A stretch of DNA of 64,000 nt from Setoptus koraiensis (GCA_048013815.1 CM106585.1:17050001-17114000), one strand, 5' to 3'; shown: positions 22,048-35,600, numbered from the stretch's first letter. Notes: generated by a model not told the origin, from the letters alone. Translations and numbers: made by a program.

Positions 22048-22401
22048 TTATTTACTGATATTAACCATGGCAATACCATTTTCAACAGTTGGGTTATGGT
22101 TGACGCTCGTTGTATCAAAATCTTGACTTATTGTAGAGTTATCTATTATCTGCTTAACACAAATTTTGGCTTCTTTTATGGAACTATCGATTTTCGAAAG
22201 AAAGTTGACTGGATCTTCAGCATCATGCTCATCTTTGAGTTCTATTTTGTTATTGCTTTCGGGTTGATATTGGTGTTGCTGTTGGTAGTTTTCCTGGTTA
22301 TGGTTGTGCAATCTGGCAGCCAGTTTGTGCGCTTGTTGCCTGTCTGGCTGCACACTACCATATCCTGGATATTGCTTATCTATCAGCGTTTTATCCTCCA
22401 T
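22048..22401 (-). CDS. Small ORF, 117 aa, possibly a LYSMD1/2-like protein without the LysM domain
   Basis: ATG-initiated ORF with N-terminal YGS and C-terminal NFLSKIDSSIKEAK, which recalls the LYSMD1/2 SYGS and DFL..LD..I motifs. Weak, from memory only. Confidence 0.4.
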   Translation of the reverse strand: MEDKTLIDKQYPGYGSVQPDRQQAHKLAARLHNHNQENYQQQHQYQPESNNKIELKDEHDAEDPVNFLSKIDSSIKEAKICVKQIIDNSTISQDFDTTSVNHNPTVENGIAMVNISK

Positions 22402-22876
22402 ATTGTAATAAAGGTGTAATAAATCCGTCCAAATGCAAATTAGTCTAAATGCGAGTTGGCCCAGATGCGAAGAATGATCCCATGATTGCTATTATTGTTC
22501 AATTATAACTTCAAGTATATTCATGTTTCTAAGCGCGAAATTTAGAAATCGTGAATATCTACTCTAATATTCATGAATACGCCCATCCTATGACAGCTTG
22601 TTCTTCTAGAATCTTTCGCGCTGCGTTGTTGGCTATTTTCAAAACCAGAGGATCATCCTAAAACTTGGTTGAGGGATCTTAGCACCGATAGGCAAGATCA
22701 CATGTCCAAGGTATCAGATCGAATCTCTAATTCTATTGCATTCCCTTTCAACTACTATACCAGAAGAAAATTCCAAATCATTATCGAGCGATTCTTTTGT
22801 AAAAGGATTTCTAAACGTATGTTTAATATTAGATAGTTCGAAAGGTTAAGTTACATGAGCATATTTATGATATAAT

Positions 22877-24558
22877 TTATTTCTTTTTAGCTTGTGCACT
22901 TAAATCTTTCTTTACGATACGCTTTGGTTTCGAATCACCGCTACCCTTCCTCTTCTTTCTGGCCTCTCTTTGGGCTTTGTGTAATTTCTTGGCCTTCTCT
23001 ATGCTGACCTTCTTCGATTTAAGTCGATGCTCCAATTCAACCTTGCGAACCTTCTTCAATACAGGTGCATATGGATTCAGCTTAGCCATGATGCGCATGT
23101 TCTTGAGTGGGTTCCTCTTGACACATCGTCTGAACACTCTGGACCTGCAGATTCATGGCGATGATGTAGGGAATATATAAAGGAAAATGGTTAGTGATTG
23201 TGCATATGGCTAGAAGCTTTGTATAGGCCCAGATGAATATCAAGTATCAATATCTTTTTCAGTGGTTGAAACATAACCTAATAATCATGATTATCATAAA
23301 CACGGACCAGGTATATGGGTCATCATTAAAGGTATTGATAAGAAATTCAAACGTGAAAATACTGTCTACAGATACGTACCTTCTTGGTCTGATTGCCTTT
23401 TGGACCTCCTCACTCTTGAGAATACGCGCTAGGTCGGTATTGGCCATAGTGGGTTGAGGCAAGGAGTAGTTGCGTTTCAAAGATGAATCTTTCGTCCATG
23501 TACCGTAGAGCTTGTCTAGTTTGCGGAAGGCGGCTTCAGTCCAGATACAGAATCGGCCCAAGTGACCTCCTGGAGCCAATCGTTTCAGATTGAGCTTCTC
23601 GACGTTGATGGTCTCAACACCAGGTATGTTTCTGAAGGCACGAGTTAGTCCAGAGTCACGGCTGTAGATAATTACTGGGCCGAGACCTTGAACGCGTCTT
23701 CTGTCACGCATCTTACCCTTACCAGCCCTCAAGCGTTTAGACTTGTAAACGCGCTCAATATCCTTCCATGCTCGCACCTGGCGCAAAAACTTGACTGCTT
23801 GCTTGGTTTTGTTTAATTCTTGTACTTTGTCTGTAACAACGAATGGAAATTCGGAGATATTCTCGACACGGTGTCCTCTAGCCTGCACGATAGCTGGCAC
23901 GGCAGTGGCTGCGACAGCAGATACAATCGCGTAGCGACGAACATTTCTGCTGATCTTTCTATGCCACCTCCTCCAGATACGTGTCGGTGCAAATCTGCGA
24001 CCACCACGACACATGTTACCATAAGCACCTTGACCTGAACGGTGAGTACCACCACCCCGAACACGAGGAATACGAGCAACAGCTCTACCAGTACCCCAGG
24101 ATTCGGCACTTGTTTGATGACCTAACAAAATTGAATGGGAGATGAAAACATTGATGTTGATTAGTTAATAGGTCGTTGTGTTTCTGATTTCCATTTTGGA
24201 AGGTGATTAATTTAGTGGGCACAGATTCATGTCGATAACTCACCGGCTAGCTTGGAAACAGCATATGGTTGACGATTGTTCTTGCTGATATTAGTGAACA
24301 CATGCTGAACAATATCGCTTCTAATGGGAGCCGAGAAGATGGCCGGTGTGGGGACAGTGCGGCCTGTTTTAGTGTTTTTGTCCGTGTAGACGCTAACCAG
24401 AGGTCTGATTATGGCGGCGTTAGGCTATAGTTGATATCAAATGCACAAACGAGGACATTGTTAGATAAATTAATTAATCAATTATTGAGTGATTTGCTAC
24501 TAACTTCAGTATATCATAGTAAATTATTGTTGCGAGATGCTACAAGGAAACTCACCAT
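22877..24558 (-). CDS. RPL4: 60S ribosomal protein L4 (uL4); exons 24558-24556, 24424-24244, 24121-23380, 23144-22877
   Basis: [65 protein letters not shown] and [15 protein letters not shown]|gtgag first exon; all three introns are GT-AG with consistent phases. Confidence 0.97.
23245..23340 (-). ncRNA. SNORD18: Box C/D snoRNA U18 (SNORD18 orthologue) in RPL4 intron 3
   Basis: Box C ATGATGA (23326-23320), D' ATGA (23297-23294), C' ATGATTA (23288-23282), box D CTGA (23262-23259). Terminal stem TATCAATA-C-CTTT / AAAG-A-TATTGATA. Guide TGGTCCGTGTTT (23309-23298) is complementary to the conserved LSU rRNA segment AAACACGGACCA. Confidence 0.9.
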
Positions 24559-25325
24559 GACTCCTTCGTAGAATTAGCCCTCAAATAATTAATAACAAAT
24601 TAATAATGTGTCCTAGCTATGTGGTAGCAGCGCACTCGCTCAAATTGAATAAATTGTGTTTAATTAGTGTGATACAGCTATCTAAATTAATAATAATAAT
24701 ATTTGTTCCTCATCTAGCCCTTATTGTTAATCTTGAAGTATTTTTGGTAACAATTGCAGGATTGTGGCTGATACCAAATGCAACATTAAAGAGAGCTCAC
24801 AGATAGAGAATGCTCAAAGGAAGTTGTCGAAATGTGCACATGCATGAGACAGACAGTACTGCGTGAAAGCACTAGAGAATTAGACAAACGCACAACATTT
24901 TCTCTACCATCCTCACACACATGCTGTTACTGCCGGTCATTCCAATAGTAAGCGTGTGTGTCAATGTCTGAATGCGAGATTCGAGCGGTTCTTAGACTTC
25001 TCAGCTGAACGTTCTCTACCTGACCGTGTGCTATACACAGACGAATCAGCGGAAACTCGAATCAAGAGGGGGGTGTGGAATGATCCCGTGCGCCTGTGCT
25101 TGCCCCCTCCACATAGTTTACGCGCGTGAATTGAAATCAAAAACAAAAAAAAATCATTCGTGATTTCAAGTTATTGTGAACTCTTCCAAACCTGAGAGTC
25201 AACACCACCCAGGCTATTTTGAAAATCAACTTTTTTAGTTAATTATATCTCCTTTCAGATAGACCAGTTGAAAAAAAAAGAGTTTTGAGCAATAGACACT
25301 TCGAAAAATCAGTCTTGTGTTTTAA

Positions 25326-26423
25326 TCATTTTATCAGTGCAATCATGTACTCGTACATTGTCCAAGTAAAGGCAGAAACCAAAGTTCTTCTAAGCATTCT
25401 CGGACCCAAGCCGTCGAAAAATCCTACGAAACCATTTCTTTCGACATAAATATTTTTGGCGGTTTGTATCATAGTTTTGTGTATGGCTGGATTTAATTGC
25501 ATATTTGTTTTGATTACGTCAGCGGGATTTGTTACGAAGGACGCGACGGAGCCACTCAATAGTCCCGAGACAAAGTGTATCACAGGAGGGTACCCTTTGA
25601 TAGTTGATGTCCTCTCTTCAACTGAAGGATTTTTGTTTCGATTAATAGTGAATTGTCGTTTCAATCTAGAATATAGCATGTAATACAGCCCAGAGAATAG
25701 TGAATCCCTTATGATTGTGGGATACAGTCCAATCCAGCCAAATTTCAGATAGGACTCTTTGGTTGCCTTTAGGACACTCTCATATTGATAGGCTCCACTT
25801 TCATATCTCACTTTGATAACTGTCACTGGCAATAGGACAAAACTGACGAACGATCTAGCGAGGAAGCCTGAACTGAAAGTCTGCAGAGAATTGTTGGCAT
25901 GCTTTTGGAATTGATGATCACTTTCGTAGTTGAGGCATAGGCGGTCATTTAAAAAGTTCAACGAGGCATAATATAAACCAACTCCTGGCACAGATCTAAG
26001 CAGAGACTTGATTGGAGTAGTTGAAAGATGCAAATTGTTACGATCTTTGATATTGTTTTTAGAAACGCTGTGTTATGCTACATGTTAACTACTACTCACT
26101 GCACCTGTGCCTCTCCACAGATAGATTGTATTGTGCTGGTTAATAAGATTTATCACAAACCGGGTTGTACGGCCAAATACGGGCTCAGCGCGATTAACTA
26201 CAGTCGATTTAGAGATGTTGTCTTGTCGTCCGGCTAAAGTTTGCAACCTAGTTTTGACCAATTCAAGGGGTTGGAACAATATGGTTGTTATGGCACTACT
26301 GGCCGAACCCGAAGACAAGGCGCTGACAAACGACACTGAATGCAGTGAGGCATGATTGTCAAATGTGGGATCTCGTTGGCCATGTTGGTCAGCGTTGTTG
26401 CTTTCGTCTTTAATTGCCATCAA
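25326..26423 (-). CDS. SLC25A38: Mitochondrial carrier, SLC25A38 (glycine transporter)-like; exons 26423-26100 and 26006-25326
   Basis: Three carrier signatures: QPLELVKTRLQ, LPVTVIKVRYESG and NPADVIKTNMQ. LWRGTGA|SLLRSVPGVGLYY is rebuilt across a 93-nt intron; also IIRDSLFSGLY and GPRMLRRTL. Confidence 0.88.
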
Positions 26424-28359
26424 TGCTATATGACTTGTTTTGTGGGCAATCCGATTCCAAGCTTCTTATTGTTCATACCGAGCCATCAGATGAGTATCGT
26501 AAGCCAAATGTTATTGCTCTAAATAATCACGTGACATTCCATCATTTTCGTTGGATTAGATGTCCTTGTTAATGGTTGTTGTAAAAAAGTAGGATTGTAT
26601 TGTCCAGACCGGAGTGTCGCATGGTCATATGATTTCTGTTTACATCAATTATTATAGGATGAAGTAATCGGTGAAGGCACTCCTGCGATCAAAATGAGCG
26701 CCTTTTTTAAAAAGCCAATCTTTCAAAAAAAAAAAATTGTCAATCGAACATTTGTAAATCCGGGACTATTTGTTTGTTTTTGGTTGAAACTCTCTCAAGT
26801 CCAATTAATGCTAATTAGCGAAACTTGCTTGTCCGGTTGGCCAGCATCAAATTGATCCACCACTATGATACAGTCGTTACTCTGTGTATCTCAAATGCAC
26901 TGAAGTCAGTGTGCCCCTGTTGTGTCCAAAGATAATTGACTAATCAAAGTCAGTCTTTTCAATAATAACTATTCTTATTCTTTGACTGATCTTTTGACAA
27001 CGGATTCTTCCTCAAGTTAACTAGAGACAACGTCTTAAGCAGCTTCATTAGCCAGTCACTGCTGACAAAGCTACTAATAAAGACCTCGCGGTGCACAGCT
27101 ACCGCTGCTACTCAAGACATGTCCAGTCTTAAAGAAATTGGTCGTGACAAACAACTGGCACACATTGATACTTTTGTTGGTTCGTCTCTTTGCTCCTCAA
27201 ACAATGATACGCTCCATCGCAAGTCAGTTCAAGCGACTCATTGGTCTGGCCTTTATCTGGCCAAACCCCCTGGACCAGATGAAGAAGAGTTGAAGCGCGG
27301 AGCTGGACAAAAGAGACAATCTTGAGTTGACCAATGTGTTTGGTGTTTGGTCAGTGAAACATGTCAACGGCAAAAGGAACGGACCCAGCGTAGAATGCGT
27401 GCGTGTGATTGGCAACAAAAATGGAAGCTGCCACCCTCTGTTTGCATTCTTTTTTGTGTGCCATTAATGGACTCAATAATATCGAATATCATATGGGCAT
27501 AGTCCGGTAATAGCGAGAGAGAGGGAGAGAAGTGACTTTGTGAGCAATCCGTCAAGTGAGTGATGGAAATGAAGACGAAGAAGGAAAAGATGTCAGATTG
27601 TTGCATTGGTTGCACACAGTCAGAGCTAATGCAAACAAAAGGTGCGCAAAGTGACATTTGTGACAGTTGCCAATATCCAAATGGGGTAGGTTGCGAACGT
27701 TGCGACTGGACATGGACGGTCGCAATGCCTGCGTGGACGGTCGAAATGTTGGCATGGACGGTGGGGCACTTTGCTGGCCGGGCCAACCAAGTTGGTGCCG
27801 GACAATGCAAGTTGTGACCAAACAAGTGCACGCCTGCTGGTCATCGGTGGCTCAAATGTGGCCACTATCGCGCTCGTCCATACCGGGTATCTCGACCGGG
27901 GATTGTCGCAAGCCTCGAGAGTCGTTTAGCCTTGGCGCAAACAAGTCAGATTCACCTAACGTGAACGTCAAGGATCATTCATCGATACAAAATGATGATT
28001 GAGATATGATTTAGATAACCACATCAGCGGCGCTGTCACGTATGTGGCGCGTTGATGCTGGGCACGGTGCCGGTTTGGCTTGTGGAAACTTGAAATCAAA
28101 CTGGTTGAAACGGCGGACCCTACCCACAAATGACGAGATACGTGGTTGCAAAATGGCATGACTGCCACCTTCTGTTTGCATTCTTTTGTCCGGCTCTGCA
28201 TGTGTGTGTGTGTCTGACTTGTGTGGAAGTCAGTGGTGGAAACAGATTTCATGCCCGAATAGTGACAGTATTTAGCCAAATAAGCATCGGCTAAATAGTT
28301 TGGCAGCTAGCGGTTTGACGGATACCTACGCGCGAACAACTTTATCTATTTTTGCTCCC

Positions 28360-28386
28360 AGAGAGAGAGAGAGAGAGAGAGAGAGA
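28360..28386. repeat. (GA)n microsatellite downstream of labial
   Basis: Perfect GA run. Confidence 0.95.
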
Positions 28387-29638
28387 TATGAGGAGAGACT
28401 GAGAATTTCCCCTGCGAGGACAGAGTCTGTGTGTCTGTGTCCTCTGGCGGCCAGAGTGTGGCGGCCAGTCCGTACTCTGGCGGCCAGAGGACGGAGCGCG
28501 TCGCTCGTGAGAGGTGGGTATCATTGGCAGCCAGGGACGATTCGTTGCCCATGTCAGACGCTGTCTGGTTGGCCGTGGCTGTTATGTTGCAAACACAAAC
28601 AAAACGACAAAATGTGACATTTGGCGTCAATATCGGTGCCAGTTGCTCTCACTAGGTGAGCCGGCGCGAAGATGGACAGCGCCGATGGACAGCGACGATG
28701 GACAGCGACGATGGACAGTGACGATGACGGAGTGGCTACTCATCATGGCGCGTCTCTATGCAATATCTGTCATGCGAGCACTGGTCACTATTGAATAGTG
28801 TGCCTGGCGGAGTGTATTCCGTACATTGCCGGTATCTGCTGGTTGTGTATCATTGCTGCTGCCGGATCAGCGGATAAAGTAGTGCGCAGAGCTCGTGTGA
28901 TAATTGAGAAAATACTTTAATTATTATTCATCATCGAATACATTATGAGGTTGAGTGAGTCCGAGAGTGTCGTCGTTGTCATTCTCATTTTGCTGTTTGA
29001 GTCTGTTGTTGAGTGTGTGTGTGTTGGTGCAAATAATAACGAATAATAATATCAATAATAATAATAGTAATAATAATAGTAATAGCAATAATAATAGTAA
29101 TCATAATAGTAATAGTAATCACATCTACAATATATATATATATTCATATATATGTATCTCCTATGTACATGAACGCAATGACAATGACGACCACAACAAA
29201 CGCGACTAGACTTTTGCTCTCGTTCTCCTTTGTTACCAACAAATTGTTGGCGCCCGCGCCCCTCCTGCTCCCATTGGCCGCTGACTCTTATTAGTTATTT
29301 GTCCCGTGGTGCACCCATTGGGCACTGATACTTTGCATTATGCTCCAATCCAATAATGAAATGTGTCTGATATAATAAATGTCATGTGTGTCTTTTATTC
29401 AATCAATATTTGTGAGTTTGGGCGAGCGAGCGCCCGAAATCATTTCTTGTCAGTGTGTTTATCCGCACGATCCGCACCATTCGCACAATTCGCACAATTC
29501 GCACAATTCGCAACGGTCCAATGGTCTGGCGCCAGCACAGCTCCTGTCGGCCCGCGGGACGGCCGCTGGATTCAGCCGTTGGACTCCCCTGTCAGACTTG
29601 GCAAATACTACGTAATACTGCATAGGGATAATATGTGA

Positions 29639-32600
29639 TTACACCTGCACCTGGCCGGGGTCTCCGACGACCTGGTTTTGTCCTTGTCCGTTGAGAGGCG
29701 ATTGCGACGACGAATGCAGCACCATCGACTGGCTCGAGCTCACTTGTTGTTGTTGCTGCTGATGCTGCTGTTGCTGTTGTTGTTGTTGTTGGCCTAATTG
29801 ACTATTGACGAAACTTGACACGAGTCCATTACTGGCACCATTATTCGCTCCATTACTGCCACTAACATCCATGTCTCCGGGGTCGCGCGGCTTCTCCTGT
29901 CCCTGAGTGCGCTTCTTCTGTTTCATTCTCCTATTTTGGAACCTATAACGACAATGGCGACACCAATTAAACAGCGTTAATAAAACATGCACAATACAAG
30001 TTGATACATCACAGTTGATGCATCACAGTTGATAAGTCTCAGCTGATACATGATTACGGTTGATGTATATCAAATATACGCTGAGACGCGTCGACACAAA
30101 TGGCACACCGAGGCAATATTTGCGCAGCCTGTGCGTTTTGGGCCAGAGATCTCGGGGGCCAGAGTTGGCATTCGGCTCTGGCTGCCAACAGTGAGCCCGT
30201 CAATCAACACGTTGGATAATCGGCAAAGGGTTGCCTCAGTGATGCACCCAGCGAAAATACTCTGAGAATTCTTTGTGTGTAAACTGCAACAAAAACCGAA
30301 ATTGATGACCATGGACACGCAGCAACATGTTACACATGCATCGTATAGCAATAGTGTTACCACAATACGATGCTGGCATCATATAGCAGCATAGCTTGTG
30401 ATGCAACGTCATTGTTTCTTGATGAACTGGCGCAGTTAGCGTCCGTCTTGCGAGTATGGTCAGCATGGCGATTATGGCGAGTAGGGCGAGCACGGCTAGT
30501 AGGGCGAGTATGCCGACTATGCCGAATATGCCGGGCAAATGATGAAATGATGAAATGGCCGAAATGGCCGAATTGGCCGAAATGGGCACACACAATACGG
30601 ACTGCGGACACAGACGACACACGCAAGCACCAAAGTCACACAACAATTGCAATTGATCCCGCGATAATCTCACGGTATCACGGTAGCCGTTTTACACACA
30701 CTTAGCGCACACATGATACGTCACGTCGAGCCTCGCTCCGAACTCTGCAGCAACGAGCGCAGCAAAAGCAACAGCAGCAGCAACAACCTGTGCGCCCATG
30801 ACGCAACTGCCCGCTGACCGCTGCGACGAGCTCACCTGGTCAGCGCGCGTCGGCAGCCGATCGATTTCTGGGCATCGGCTTACCGAAGTCGCGCTCGGCC
30901 GCTCGATTTCTCGGCTGCCCGGCTGCCGGGGCACCGAGTTGCCAGGCTGATGTGAGAGAGATTCGCGGCCAGCTGATTGCGCCGCCGCTGCCAATTAGGC
31001 ACAAAAAAAATTTAATTCTTGCGCCGCCAAGAATTAAATCTGAGCCAGTCTTATCGCGCCATTGTGCGGCTCGCCATGGGCTCAACCTGGTCGCAGCGAG
31101 CGAACAAAGACACAAGACACGAACGCGCCGGCCAGACTCGTGGGCACCAGCATTTAGTGTTCGCTGATCGGGCCAGTGAGCCCGCCGAGAGCTCAGAGGA
31201 TTCAGAGGTTTCATTTAGCTGCATTAGCATGGCGGCGGCATGTGTCGCGGGGTATCTCTGGGGTATCGAAGGTGAGTGCCGCTGCCTTTTATAGGTTCGA
31301 TTTAGTGGTCGCGCTTCTATAAACGCGCCCAGTGGCTAACGTGACGAGTGGCGCTTGTGAGTGTGTGTGTTGTGTTGGCCGCTTCGATTGCAGTCGCGAA
31401 TCGCGACTCAACTGTGCGTTCGACGCCAATTCGACGAGTTGTTCGCGAACGTTGCCCAACGTTCTGTTTGGCTGTCATGTGTCTCGCTCGCAGCGAACGC
31501 ACTGTTCGCCGAACAGTGCGTTCGCCGAACAGTGTTCGCCGAATAGTGTTAGCAGCGAACAGTGTGTGTGTGTGTCTCTCACACACCATCGCTGTTAGCG
31601 TCAGCCAGTTCTCGACAGTGCGCTTCGAAGTTCGAGCGGCGCTCTCTTCGCCGAGCAACCGCTCGCTGCCGTGTGTGTGTGTGCTCTAATTCGAACCAGC
31701 AACAAAAATGATTCCATCGTTGGCTGTTCATTCTTTATTCGATATTTTTCTCCTTCTTCTCCTCGCCCGTCCGCTGCCTCTCGGCCTGTCTCTGTCTCTC
31801 TCTGTCTCTCGATCTCTCTGTGCCAGCGAACAACGACGCACTCGAGCCAGTTGCTGCCAGCGCCAGGCAGCCGCCAGAGCTCCTCTGAGACGCAACTGTC
31901 GTTGATTATCGTCGGCTCTAGCCGGCGCTCTGGCGCGGGCCACACACATCTGGGGCCCGCTGGCCGGCCCGATAATGCCAGAACGCGCGAGGCGAGGCTT
32001 CTTGAATTATGACACAATGCGTTTCGAGCTGGCAGTAAATTGGTGCGTCCGCCTTGCCCGAACTGGTGCGCCCGCCGGCCACCAGGCGGCCGACCTGATG
32101 TATCACTCACTGTTGTAACAGTGAGTCGCACTGCTGGAAGCGCAGCCAAGCGGGTGAATATGCGCCAACGGCGAGCTTTCAATGAATTGCTGCCCAGTGG
32201 GCCACTGTGGCCACTATAGGCCATGGCGGCCACTTCGGCCGCTAGGGTAACTGTTGAATAACAACAATAATCCACTAGTTTATTGCCAGTGTCCAGTGCC
32301 CAGTGTCCAGTGTCCAGTGTCCAGTGTCCAGCGTCCAGTGCCCAGTGTCCAGCGTGCACCGGACGGTGCGCAGTGAGTGCTCGCCGAGAGTGGCCGGCAC
32401 TCCCATCGTGCACTATAAAACAAATGCCCTGTGGCGCCCCCATCTGGCGGGCGCTCACAGGTCGCTGTGGGCTTTGTTTTTATCGTAGCGAGCGGTTGTT
32501 GGTCGGTGCCGTCATGCGACTATTATTACTTATTAGCCTATTAGGCCCATGAATTGTTGGCCGGCTTGCGCTGGCCAGTGGCTGCAAGCGGCCAACGAGA

Positions 32601-35600
32601 GCACACCTATCATTAGGACGATTATGCCTGATTGAAGCTGGCCGTCGTCGTCGTTGTTGTTGCTGTTGCCGTCGTTGTTGTTGCCGTCGTCGTTGTTGTT
32701 GTTGCTGTTGTTGTTGTTGCTGTCGTCGTGGCTGCGCTCGCAACTACGAAATTGCCAAAATACGAAACTACGAAGCTGCCAAACTGCGCCACTACGAATT
32801 TGCGATACTGCGAGCCCGCGAGCTGGCCACAGCCGGCCGACGTTATAGGCAAGTTGTTTGGGCGCAAACTTGTTCGGCGACTCTCTCATTAGCTGCTCGC
32901 AACATTATGCCGAGCGGCATAATGTGTACGCTGGCCGGCTCACCTGGCCGGCGTCGGGTTTCTTGCACCATGCGCTCGGTCGGGTATGTCGGCCGTTCGG
33001 GATACGCAGTGAGCGCTGTGGCCGGTCTCTGGGGCAGGTCCGGGCCGGTCTCTCACCGGCCGCACTGGCAACAACAACTGGCCTGCCGACTCACAACGAC
33101 TCACAACACTCGCAACAACAAACAACTGCTCGCACCAACTGGCCAGACAGGTTCCGGCATTCAGGCCACTGGCGAGCCGCCGTCAGCGCACTCCCATGCC
33201 ATGGGAGCAGCTCGCCAGCCATTCGCAGGCCAGTTTGCACACTGGCCAGCAAACTCTGCGAACTGGCCAGCAAACTCTGCGAACTGGCCAGTCTGTGAAC
33301 CGGCCAGTTCGCTTGCCAGTTCGCAGAGTGAGCTCGGGCGAACGCTCGCGAGGCTGCCAACGACGAGAGGCTGCCAACGACGACAAAGCGCTGGCTGGCT
33401 TCTCGTCGGGCGGCTCGAGCGAGGCTCCGAGCGCGAATCGTGCGCCGGCCAGCACAATCGGTTGCTCACACAGTAACAACTCTGGTCGCACTCTGGCGTT
33501 CGCAAACTCCCCTCCGACAGAGACTCTGACTCACAGTCTCTGACGGACGCTCTGACAGGCCGAGCGGAGAGAGAGTGAGCCGACACAAGCGACAGCCACA
33601 GACAGCCAACAACGACAAATATCCAAATGATGAATCATGCAAATCAAACTGGCGCATCTTTGTGCACACACACACTCTTACAAGTTCGAAGTTCGAACTC
33701 GCAAGTTCCAGCTTCGAACTCGCAAGTTCCAGCTTCGAACTCGCGAGTTCCAACTCGGAACACACAGGCAAACACAAATACCGTTAAGAGTAAATGAGCA
33801 GCCCGGCATAAGCCGTGAGCGAATGGGCCAGCGAACAGCCAGCGAACAAGCCAACTGTTCGCTGCCAACAGCCGAAATTAAGACTGTGTGTGTGTGACCG
33901 GCTAGCGTGCTGGCAGCGACGTCAAAAGTCAAACTAGTTGTTGTTGTGCCGCTATCGAACTCCGCTCGGCCAACTGGGCCAACTCGGCGGCCCGCCGAAC
34001 GTTCACCCGGCTCGGGCGGCCGCGCCCGCGGGCGGGCCGGCCGCCACCGCTCGTCACTGTTGGCACACAGTCGTCACACAGTCGCAGCTCGCGCCCGCAG
34101 CGTGCCAGTCGGACAAGCGCCCGAGCGACTGCTTGAGTGACTGCCCGAGCGCCCGCCCGAACGTCGCCCGAGCGGCGGCCCGACGACCGGCAGGCAGAGC
34201 GCCGAGGTACAGAAGCAATCAGCCTATATTGAGTGGTTGCGATGGGCAGCGCCACTAGCGCACTGGCGGCCGCATGTACGCACTTGAGTCGCTCGAGCGG
34301 CAACCAGCGCGCCTCTATATGCGCCCCGAGCGCGCTCGGATATTGCACGCGCTCGGATATTGCGCTCGGATGTTGCGCTCGGATGTTGCGCTCGGATGTT
34401 GCGCTCGGATATTGCGCGCGGATATTGCGCGCGACACGCAGCCAGCCGCGCACCAGCCGGTCGGATGTGCGCCTGCCAGCGACTTATTTAATTTATATCT
34501 GCAGCGCACAGCGGGCTGGGCGTGGCCGGCTGGCGGCCGGCGACACGCAGTACGCGGAGTACGCGCGGTACGCGGCCACGAGCCGGCCAGCGGCAAAGAG
34601 CCGCGAACCGGGCGACGTTCGCGTAATTCGCTTAATTCGTTGGCTCGTGAGGCGCGCCGCTGACACGGCCTGCGCCGCTTGCGAGTCGCCAGTGGGCCAG
34701 CTCGGCGTCACTTCGCGACGCGATTCCGGCGCACAGTTCGCGCGCGCCCCGCGACACCGACAGCAGCGCCGACAACTGCACCAACGACGCCAACAACAAC
34801 AACAGCGCTAGCGACAACAACGACAGCAACAGCGACAGCAACAACAACGACAGCAGCCCGAATCGCGGGCCATTATAGGCGAACGCACTTCCGCCAGCTG
34901 CTGCTTGTCGCGGGGCGGCGCGGCGCGGCGCGGGTTTGTTTGTCGGTGTGCGAGTGGGCAACTCGGGGTCGGCCACTCGCAAACGGGCGCGAATTTGCGA
35001 ACCACGAGCCAGCGAACTGGCAGTGTCCAAGTGAGCATACATATATACTGTACATTGTATAGACAATACGCGTATTTAGACAATGTTATTGGCGAGCATG
35101 TGCCCACTGCCCAAAGCGGACACTGCCCACGAGCGACTCGCCGGCCCGGCCGCTAGAGGCTGCTGTTGAGCCGGTTGCCAGAGGGCGACGTTGCGGGCGA
35201 CCGAGCCGCACCGAATTGGAATTAGATGCTAATGTCGCGCACATGTGCCGCGCCAATCTGGCGCAACTGGGGCCAATCCGCCAATCCCATGTCACCCCGA
35301 TCACCGATACAGCCCAATGGCTGTGCTCGCGTCAGGTGCTCGTGCCACTAGATCAGCTGAGGCCGGCCCGTGGCAAGCCTCACGAGCCTCACGAGCCTCA
35401 CGAGCTTCACGAGCCTCACGAGCTTCACGAGCCTCACGAGCCTCACAAGCATCACAAGCCTCACAAGCCTGACGAGCAGCGTCGGCACACAGCATCATGG
35501 ATGGCATCGTGTGCGATACTGGCTGGCGCAACGACGCCATGTTGGCACAATTACGTCAGCGTTGGCACAATGATGCCACATTGGCGCAATGACGCCAGCG

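Noticed and set aside
25000-25090. Resemblance to U3 snoRNA (GGGATCATT, AGAGAACG..CTGA) or RNase P P4 motifs on the minus strand
   Set aside because: Spacing is far too short, U3 boxes B/C are absent, and the P4-like strands pair locally rather than ~200 nt apart.
27119-27817. Short + strand ORFs incl. a Cys-rich 85-aa ORF with WTV repeats
   Set aside because: The periodicity comes from a 21-bp DNA stutter (tggacggtc). There is no recognisable family or splice support.
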